From: Malacoraja senta
Taxonomy: Eukaryota
DNA: 63,939 bases
Reading direction: 5' to 3'
Assembly (NCBI GenBank): GCA_038087875.1
Contig: CM075998.1
Location: 4,900,062 to 4,964,000, forward strand
Below, in pieces: positions 55,041 to 63,939 of the stretch. A program made the translations under genes and the position numbers. Every line of letters starts with the position of its first letter. Positions within the stretch are counted from its first letter, which is position 1. The notes under the pieces were generated by a model. The model saw only the letters and a program-made list of their open reading frames with translations, was not told where the DNA came from and did no database searches.

Positions 55041-55447
55041 CAAGCTGCTACGTCTTAAGGGAACTGAATTGGGGAGAGAGGAGGTGGGGGAATCAGCGGG
55101 CAAAGGCATGTTGTGCGTCTAGTTTTTTTGTGGTGGCGCAGCGGGTAGAGCAGCTGCCTCCTGGTGCCAGAGACCCCTGGTTCGATTCTGACCTCGGGTG
55201 TTGTGTGTGTGGGAGCGTGGCTTTTCCCCGGGTGCTCCAGTTTCCTCCCACATCGTGCGGATCTGCAAGTTGAGGGCCTGTCCCACTTTCACGACTGTTC
55301 GCTGAGAACTCTGTACAAGAGGAGAGACATGCTGGCCTGAGTAACCCTGGGTCTCTCTCTGCGAGAGAGGTTACCCAGGCCAGCATGTTTCCACACATCA
55401 GTGTCGCACTGTCTGAATGTCGCCAATGTATGTTCAAGTTCAAGTTA

Positions 55448-55983
55448 AGAGCCTGTCCCACTTTCACGACCTAATTCACAACCTTTTTTACTCGTGGACA
55501 TTTTTCATCAGGCTAGAAAAACGGCCCGACCTACTTGATGCCACGAGTACCCACGACTAGCATCACGGCCTGCCTACGACCTACCTACGACCATGCTGCG
55601 AGTATGAGTCAAGGGCAAACTCGGCAATAGACAATAGACAATACACAATAGGTGCAGGAGTAGGCCATTTGGCCCTTCGAGCCAGCACCGCCATTCAATG
55701 TGATCATGGCTGATCATCCCCAATCAGTGCCCCGTTCCTGCCTTCTCCCCATATCCCCTGACTCCGCTATTTTTAAGAGCCCTATCTAGCTCTCTCTTGA
55801 AAGCATCCAGAGAATTAGCCTCCACCGTCCTCTGAGGCAGAGAATTCCACAGACTCACAACTCTTCACAACTCTCTGTGAGAAAAACTGTTTCCTCATCT
55901 CCGTTCTAAATGGCTTACCCCTTATTCTTAAACTGTGTGTGGCAGGGGTCGTGAATTAGGTCGTGAAAGTGGGACAGGCAACT
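55448..55983. mobile_element. MITE with related TIRs (gcctgtcccactttcacgacctaattcac), interrupted by a CR1 fragment (~55627-55940)
   Basis: Inverted termini with ttaa on both sides; a further orphan terminus at 55273. Confidence 0.8.
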
Positions 55984-56130
55984 TAATTGTCCCCTCTGGA
56001 AAAATTGGCCTTCATGTGTGCGTGGAATCTATGCGGGGTGGGGGGGGGGGGTAAATGGGCGGTTGACACAAAGTGCCCATGCGCGTTGCGTCTCGATGAA
56101 GTCTCTGACCCCCGGCCTCTTCCTTTGCAG

Positions 56131-56930
56131 ACGTGAGCGTGAGACGGCGGAAGACCAGCTCTCCTGAACGGCAGTGAGATGGAAACACAAAACTGCTCTG
56201 GAGAGGGGGAAACAAAAATCAAAGAGAAATTTTTTTTGCACAAGATTTGGAAACAACCAAAAACACACACACTAAAAGCTTTTCCTTTTATTTGTAGACA
56301 TTCAACAAAGAAAGAAAAAAAAACACAGCTATTTGATAAACTTTCTACTTCAGTTAACCAGACATACCAAACTGCTGACACAATGTGTGGAAAAGATGTT
56401 TATTTTGTTACAGGAAAGAGAGCATATTTTTTTGGAAAATCTATCGCAAATCATTATTTAAGCATTCTGAATCTGCTCAGAGTGACAGAGGAGAATATTA
56501 CACATCAGATGTCTTTTGAACCGTGATAAAAACCTTTTTTTTTGTTTTTGTTTTGGGGTTTTTTTTGTAAAAAAAAAAAATGGCAGGTTGATGGCATCAC
56601 TTGGGTGAGAGCTACGGCCATGTACAGTTGCGATCTTACATTGATTTTGCTCTGTCTGACAAGTTGCAATGCTGCAGTGCTGAGTGCAATCTCAGTTCTT
56701 GTTCCTTTCTCCTTTTTAATGACCTTTTGTGGGAACGCAATCATGAAAAGAAAAAAAAAATCAAAAGTAAGAACACAACGTCAAATGACTTCTTGGCTGC
56801 ATCCTGTTCCTTCTCACGTCGCCCGCCAAATTCAGCCTCGTGGCTGGGATTGGGACTCGAATTAGAGAGGGACAGTTTTCATTAGTGGCTGCCTTCGGAA
56901 AAACAATGGCTTCCAGCTGGTTTGTGTTCA
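56131..56930 (+). other. rbms2: Probable terminal 3'UTR exon of rbms2 (3' end undefined)
   Basis: Strong acceptor cctcttcctttgcAG ending at 56130, followed by non-repetitive A/U-run-rich sequence. No clear AATAAA found in this block. Confidence 0.65.
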
Positions 56931-58198
56931 GAGTTTAGTAATACAGCAGGCCCTTCGGCCCAGCGAGTCCGCGCCGACCAGCGATCACTCCCCAGTACAA
57001 TAGCATTATCCTGCACCCACCAGGAACAATTTGCAATCTTTACCGAAGCCAATTAACCTACGCACCCGCACGTCTTTGGAGTGTGTGGGAGGAACCGGAG
57101 CACCCGGAGAAAACCCACGGTGGGAACGTGCAAACTCCGTACGTAGTCAGGATGGAACCCGGGGTCTCTGGCGCTGCGAGGCAGCAACTCTACCGCTGCG
57201 CTACTGTTACGTCCTAAGGATCAGAATCCAGTCATGAAAGCGCATTAAGTTCCCAAGTCGCAAGGTTTTGCAGGGCAGGGTGCCATCTTGCATGCCAGCT
57301 GTTTGACTGATGCCACTCACCACCAGCAGCTACCTGGGTACGATATCCCTTGGACACATTACGGTGGAGTTGCCCAATGTCCCGTTGTATCGTGCTGTGG
57401 GCTCACAAAAGGTTCCCACCCCCGCCCCCACCGCCAATCCCCGAGCGGGAAGATTGGCAGTGAGAGACCAGCACTGCCCCTTCTGTTGGCATCATGGTGG
57501 CACAGCGGGTAGCAGCACCGCCTCACTGCGCCAGAGACCCGGGTTCGATCCTGACCTCGGGGTGCCGTCTGCGTGCGTGGAGTTTGCACGTTCTCCCAGT
57601 GGGTCTCCTCCGGGGGTGCTCCGGATTCCTCCCACATCCCAAAGACGTGCGGGTTTGCGGGTTAATCGGCCCCTCTGTAAATTGCCCCCTAGTGCGCAGG
57701 GAGTGATGAGAGAGTGGGATAACACGGAACTAGTGTATGAGCGGGTGATCGATGGTCGCGAGACCAGTTTCCATGCTGTATCTCAAAACCTAAGCAGAGG
57801 TGACTTTTTTGTGCCTTTCAAAGGTTTGGGATTGGATTGGATGCCGTCAAGGAAGGAGAGAGAGAATCACAGGATGATCATTCAATTGCAAAGGATCTGT
57901 CGGGTTTGAGTCAGTTGGCATTGAAACAACCCTATAATATCAGAGCTTTAAATAGAAGCAGCGAGCTTTTAGAAAGAGCAGACTCACCACAGGAGAGGCT
58001 CACCCTGACCCAGAAAGCTCGATAGAATTCCAAATGTAAAAACTCTCCAGTCATTGTGGCCCCCTCTAACATGAGTTAGATCAAAGGACAGAATAATAGA
58101 CAATAGGTGCAGGCCATTCGGCCCTTCGAGCCAGCACCGCCATTCAATGTGATCATGGCTGATCATCCACAATCAGTACCCCGTTCCTGCTTCTCCCC

Positions 58199-58289
58199 TG
58201 AAGAAGGGTTTCGTCCCGAAACGTTGCCTATTTCCTTCGCTCCATAGATGCTGCCGTACCCGCTGAGTTTCTCCAGCATTTTTGTCTAC
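58199..58289 (+). mobile_element. ~91-bp PLE mini-insert starting at the hammerhead core, inside a CR1 tail
   Basis: TSD cttctcccc at 58190-58198 and 58290-58298. Confidence 0.75.
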
Positions 58290-58847
58290 CTTCTCCCCAT
58301 ATCCCTGACTCCGCTATCTTCAGGAGCCCTATCTAGCTCTCTCTCTGAGAACCGGCCTCCACCGCCCTCTGAGGCGGAGAATCCCACAGACTCACCACTC
58401 TCTGTGTGAAAAAGTGTTTCCTCGTCTCCGTTCTAAATGGCTTACCCCTTATTCTTGAACTGTGGCCCCTGCTTCTGGGATCTCTCTGCAAGCAACTCTC
58501 AGTATTAACAAACCCCTTTATTTAAACCAAGTACAGCACAGAACAGGCCCTTCGGCCCACACTGTCTGTGCCGAACATGATGCCAAGACCAACTCTTATC
58601 AACCTGCACATATCCCTCCATTTCCTGCACATCCATGTGCCTCTTAAACACCACTATCGTATCTGCCTCCACCACCACCCCTGGCAGCGCGTTCCAGGCA
58701 CCCACCACCCTCTGTGTAAAAAAACCTGCCCCACACATCTCCTTTAAACCTTGCCATAGAGTCATACAGTGTGGAAACAGGCCCAACTTGCCCACACTGA
58801 CCGACATGTCCCAATATCCCGACATACCTGTCCTATCCATGTACCTG

Positions 58848-59034
58848 CGTGAGAAGGAACTGCAGATGCTGGATAAAATCGAAGGTAGACACAAAATGCT
58901 GGGGTAACTCAGCGGGTGGGGCAGCATCTATGGAGAGAAGGAACGGGTGACTTATCGGGACCCGAAATGTCACCCATTCCTTCTCTCCATAGACACTGCC
59001 TCACCCGCTGAGTTACTCCAGCATTCTGTGTCCA
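58848..59034. mobile_element. PLE-derived fold-back mini-element inside a CR1
   Basis: 16-bp TSD cctatccatgtacctg at 58832-58847 and 59035-59050. Confidence 0.85.
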
Positions 59035-59573
59035 CCTATCCATGTACCTGTCCAACTGTTTCTTAAATGTTGTGATAGTCCCAGCCTCAACTACCTCCAC
59101 CGGCAGCTCATTCCATACACCCACCTGTGTGAAAAATGTTACCCCTCAACTTCCTGTTAAATCTTTTCCCCTCTCTCACCTTAAAGCTGTACCCTCGAGT
59201 CTTTGACATTTCCACCCTGAGGGGAAAAAAATGTTCTGACTGTCTAAAAGCAGAGTTGCTTGTAAATGTGTTATTCTGAGTGGAGACTCGTTAACCTTGT
59301 GCGAGTTTTCTCGTGGAGTCCCTGTTAAGCCACTTGCTGTCTTTGACTTTGCTGCCTTTGAATATCTAACCTAAAGGTTAGATATAAGGCCAAGGGCATT
59401 GCAGCTCGGTCGACCAATCCACTTGCAATTATGCTGAAGGGATTTGAATGGGAGCAAAACTGGTGGGTACGTAAGCTGGCATAAGCTGGCAGTGTGAGAA
59501 GGCAGTGTGCCCCTTTCAAAGTTGCTCATGTAATGTTTCCTTATCAGTTAGCTGGTAAAAAGGTGACTGTACT

Positions 59574-60377
59574 TGTGTGTGTATGTCTGTGTGTATGTAT
59601 GTGCCTGTATGTGTGTGTGTGTCTGTGTGTATGTATGTGCCTGTGTGTGTGTGTGTGTGTGTGTGTGTCTGTGTGTATGTATGTGCCTGTGTGTGTGTGT
59701 GTGTGTCTGTGAGTGTATTTGTGTGTGACTGTGTGTGTGTGCATGCGTGCGCGTGTGTACGAGACTGTGTGTGTGTGTATGTGTGTGTGTACGGCACGTG
59801 TGTGAGTGTGTATCTGTGAGTGTGTGTATCTGCATGTGTGAGTGCGTGTGTGTGTATGCGTGCGTGTCTATGTATAGGTGTGTGTGTGTGTGTTTGACTG
59901 TGCATATGTGTGCGTGTGCATGCGTGTGTGTGTCTGTGTGTGTCTGCGTGTGTGTGTGACTGTGTGTGTGTGTGTGTGTACATGTATCTGTGTGAGTGTG
60001 TGTGTGTCTGCGTGTGTGTGTGTCTGTGTGTGTGTGTGTGTACATGTATCTGTGTGAGTGTGTGTGTGTCTGCGTGTGTGTGTGTCTGTGTGTGTGTGTG
60101 TGTGTACATGTATCTGTGTGAGTGTGTGTGTGTGTGTCTGTCTGTGTGTGTCTGCGTGTGTGTGTGACTGTGTGTGTGTGTGTGTGTACATGTATCTGTG
60201 TGAGTGTGTGTGTGTCTGCGTGTGTGTGTGTCTGTGTGTGTGTGTGTGTGTGTGTACATGTATCTGTGTGAGTGTGTGTGTGTGTGTGTGTGTCTGCGTG
60301 TGTGTGTGAGTGTGTGTGTGTGTGTACATGTATCTGTGTGAGTGTGTGTGTGACTGTGTGCTGTGTGTGTGTGTGTG
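59574..60377 (+). repeat. Degenerate (TG)n tract with a recurring tacatgtatctgtgtgag unit
   Basis: Directly visible. Confidence 0.95.
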
Positions 60378-61751
60378 GGGATTGATCAGACAGCTTTGGT
60401 TTGCAGCCTAGCCAGTGGCTGGGCAAGGTAGTCAGGTAACCATGGCAGGGCTCGAGTGGGCTGGCACGCCACACACTGCCACCAGGTGGAGCACTGTGCC
60501 TTTGCCAGGCTCGAGCTATGCTTCACTCAGTACACAGCCAATGTCGTTGTCAATAAGGAGGTGACACTTCCGGCAGTGAGACTCGGATTCCTGGTGATGG
60601 TGACCATTTAAGTTTAAGTCGCCCTTGAAAATAACTTATCGAGATATTTGCAGGTGGCCTTTGCTGAACGCTACTTATGTTTAAATACCACGGGCTTGAG
60701 AAACAAGAGCCAACAAAGAACAAATTGACCCAGGGACCATCTTGGCCACAAATGATCCTTTGGTTTACCCAGGCCAAGTGCTGGGAAATGGGACTAGAAT
60801 AGAAGGGCACTCAGTGGGCCGAAGGGCTTGTTTCTGTGCTGGATAAATCTTTGACTTGTCCTGTCTGAAGAAAAGAAGGGTCCCGATCCGTTCATAGGTT
60901 CAAAGTTGTAGCAACAGAATTAGGCCATTCGGCCCATCGAGTCTACTCCGCCATTCAATCATGGCTGATCTATCTCTCCTCCTAACCCCATTCTCCTGCC
61001 TTCTCCCCATAACCCCTGACACCTGCACTAATCAAGAACCTGTCTATCTATGCTTTAAAAATGCCCACTGACTTGGCCTCCACAGCCGTCTGTGGCAAAG
61101 AATTCCACAGATTCACCACCCTCTGACTAAAGAAATTCCTCCTCATCTCCTTCCTAAAGGTACGCCTTTTAATTCTGAGGCTGTGCCCTCTAGGCCTAGA
61201 CTCTCCCACTAGTGGAAACATCCTCTCTGCAGATGCTGCCTGACCCGCTGAGTTCCACCAGGCCTTTGTGTTTTGAAGTGTGATTTGTCCTGCCCTGCCA
61301 ACATGTTCAAGGTGCCCACTTGGCACTGTTCTTAGCCCGCTTAATACCCAACTATTTGCCCCCCCCCCCTCCCATTGCTGCAGCCCAATGAAGTGAGGTC
61401 CAGAGGTGGAAGCCATCTTTGTTCCCCTCTGTATCCAGAGCCACCCCCAAAATCAGATCATTCCCTGATGGCCTGAGGTGTTCAATGTGTATGTCACCAA
61501 AATCTATGACAGACACAAAAAGCTGGAGTAGCTCAGCGGGTCAGGCAGCATCTCTGGAGAAAGAGGAATGGGCGACGTTTCGGGTCGAGACCCTTCTTCA
61601 GACTGAGAGTCAGGGGAAGGGAATGAGAGATATAGACGGTGATGTAGAGACGTGTAGAACAAATGAATGAAAGATATGCAAAAATGGCATGATGATAAAG
61701 GAAACAGGCCGTTTGTGTGTCTGTGTGTCTATCTTCGGTTTAACTGAAGGG

Positions 61752-62050
61752 TGACACGGTGGCGCAGTGGTAGAGTTGCTGCCTCCCAGCACCGGAGACC
61801 TGGGTTCGATCCCGACTACGGGTGCTGTCTGTACGGAGTTTGTCCGTTCTCCCTGTGACCCGCGTGGGTTTTCTCCGAGATCTCCGGTTTCCTCCCACAC
61901 TCCAAAGACTTGCAGGTTAATTGGCTTGGTGTAAATGTAAAATTGTCCCTGGTGTGTGTGTAGGATAGTGTTAGTGTGCGGGGATCGCTGGTCGGCACGG
62001 ACTCGGTGGGCCGAAGGGCCTGTTTCCGTGGGGTATCTCTAAAACTAAAC
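61752..62050 (+). mobile_element. V-SINE copy
   Basis: A box tggcgcagtgg, B box ggttcgatccc, V-domain and tail. Confidence 0.88.
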
Positions 62051-62894
62051 CTGTTTCTACAGTTCCTTCCTACACTACGAGACTGTTAACCCTTATAGAT
62101 CTGGCTGCCACTCAACCCGGGGGGGCTCTCTCCCTCTTGAATCTAACTCGCTGCGGGGATGCTTATGTCTTCAGATCAGGACCAAAGACGTTCCACCATT
62201 GTGAATTTCAAAATACCACAGCTGCTGCCAGCCTGAGGTAAAATGGTGGACAGCTCTAACTCCGAGCCTGGCGAATTTTATTCCAAGTTAGAGTCATAGA
62301 GTCATACAGCCCTTCGGCCCAACTCGCCCATGCCAGACCAAGGTGCCCATATGCTAGTCCCACCTGCCTGCGTTTGGCCCATGTCACTCTAAATCTTTGC
62401 TATCCATGTACCTGCCCAAGTGTCTTTTAAATCTTAAGACATAGGAGCAGAACATAGGCCATTCAGCCCATCAAATCTATCCCACCATTCATACGTGGCT
62501 GATCTATCTCTCCCTCTCAACCCCATCCTCCTGCCTTCTCCCCATAACCTCTGACACCCGTACTGATCAAGAATCTGTCAATCTCTGCTTTATAATGACT
62601 TGCAGCCTCCACAGCCGTCTGTGGCAATGAATTCCACAGATTCACCACCCTCTGGCTATAGAAATTCCTCCTCATCTCCTTCCTGAAGGAACGTCCTTTC
62701 ATCCTGAGGCTGTGCCCTCTGGTCCTCGACTGGCTAGAGTTAAGGCAGGTACTATAACAAGTGTTATAGTCCCTGCCTCAACGACCTCCTCCGGCAGCTC
62801 TCCCATACACCCTCTGTGTGAAATAAGTTGCCCCTCAGGTTCCCATTTAATCTCCCCCCCCCCCCGCACCTTGAACCGATGTCCTCTTGTTTAT

Positions 62895-63430
62895 AGATTC
62901 AAGTGAGTTTATTGTCATGTGTCCCAGATAGGACAATGAAATTCTTGCTTTGCTTCAGCACAACAGAACATAGTAGGCATTGACTACAAAACAGATCAAT
63001 GTGTCCATATACAATTATATAAATATATACACACATGAATAAATAAACTGATCAAGTGCAAATAACAGATAATGGGCTATTAATGTTCATAGTTTTGTCC
63101 GAGCCAAGTTTAATAGTCTGATGGCTGTGGGGAAGGGGCTATTCCTGAACCTGGTCGTTGCAGTCTTCAGGCTCCTGTACCTTCTACCTGAAGGTAGCGG
63201 GGAGATGAGTGTGTGGCCAGGATGGTGTGGGTCCTTGATGATGCTGCCAGCCTTTTTGAGCAGCGACTGGGATAGATCCCCTCGATGGAAGGGAGGTCAG
63301 AGCCGATGATGGACTGGGCAGTGTTTACTACTCTTTGTAGTCTTTTCCGCTCCTGTACGTTCAAGTTGCCGAACCAAGCCACGATGCAACCGGTCAGCAT
63401 GCTCTCTACTGTGCACCTGTAGAAGTTCGA
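62895..63430 (-). mobile_element. Rex1/Babar-type LINE 3' fragment
   Basis: ESMLTGCIVAWFGNLNVQERKRLQRVVNTAQSII. Confidence 0.85.
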
Positions 63431-63939
63431 GTAGAATAGACTCCCCTACTCTGGGTGAAAGACTCTGCAATTCTCAACAGCCAATTGTTTTGGAAAAAGG
63501 AACAGTCAGTCCTGGGGTTATGTGTAAAAAAAAAAAGCCAACTAATCTGTTCATCGATGGTAGAGGTTGGATGCGAGGGCACAAAACTGGAAGGAACAGT
63601 GATCAAGAAGCTGCTCATTTAACGTTGTGTTCTCAGTCACTTCTCGTTGTCTTTCCGCCACCCAGCTTCTTTAACGAACGTGCTTTTATTTTATTTTTTG
63701 CTCTAGATTTATTAGGTAGCTTTTAAGATGCAGATATATTTACGTGGATGCGTGCGTGAGTGGGCGTGCATGCGTGTTTTATTTGTTGTTCTAAACAGAC
63801 TAATGTGGGCGACTGAACATGCTTCGAAAGCCTGCCGGGTTGAGAGTGAGTGGCGGTCGGGCTGGGGGCTGTTAGAGGCAGTACTTTGCTATATTGCTAA
63901 CTTAAAAGAAAAAAGAAGAACCAATTTAACCCTTCGTAG

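Noticed and set aside
59516..60474. His/Thr-rich minus-strand ORFs
   Set aside because: These are translations of the (TG)n tract.
59230..63939. Exons of a downstream neighbouring gene
   Set aside because: The unique-looking patches have no recognisable peptide or convincing paired splice sites; they could be UTR.

Overview
This is eukaryotic, intron-rich genomic DNA, almost certainly from a cartilaginous fish (skate/ray-like, inferred from HE1/V-SINE-type SINEs and CR1 LINEs sharing their 3' tail). It holds the 3' part of one + strand gene, an RBMS-family RRM protein that best matches rbms2: 10 coding exons from 4354 to the stop at 54593-54595, plus a 3'UTR exon from 56131. The 5' exons lie outside the window. 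Three exons have 1-bp homopolymer indels, probably assembly errors. The introns are mostly transposon-derived: V-SINEs, CR1, Rex1/Babar, L2, L1, a Penelope-like element (PLE, RT plus GIY-YIG), MITEs, and a ~6.3-kb (CA)n tract. The most interesting pattern is a PLE-derived family carrying a minimal hammerhead-ribozyme-like motif (CTGAAGA-A-GGG..CCC-GAAAC-GTH). It occurs as TSD-flanked fold-back mini-elements that often turn at the hammerhead, and as 34-bp and 66-bp tandem arrays at several loci. All family assignments come from motif recognition, not database searches.
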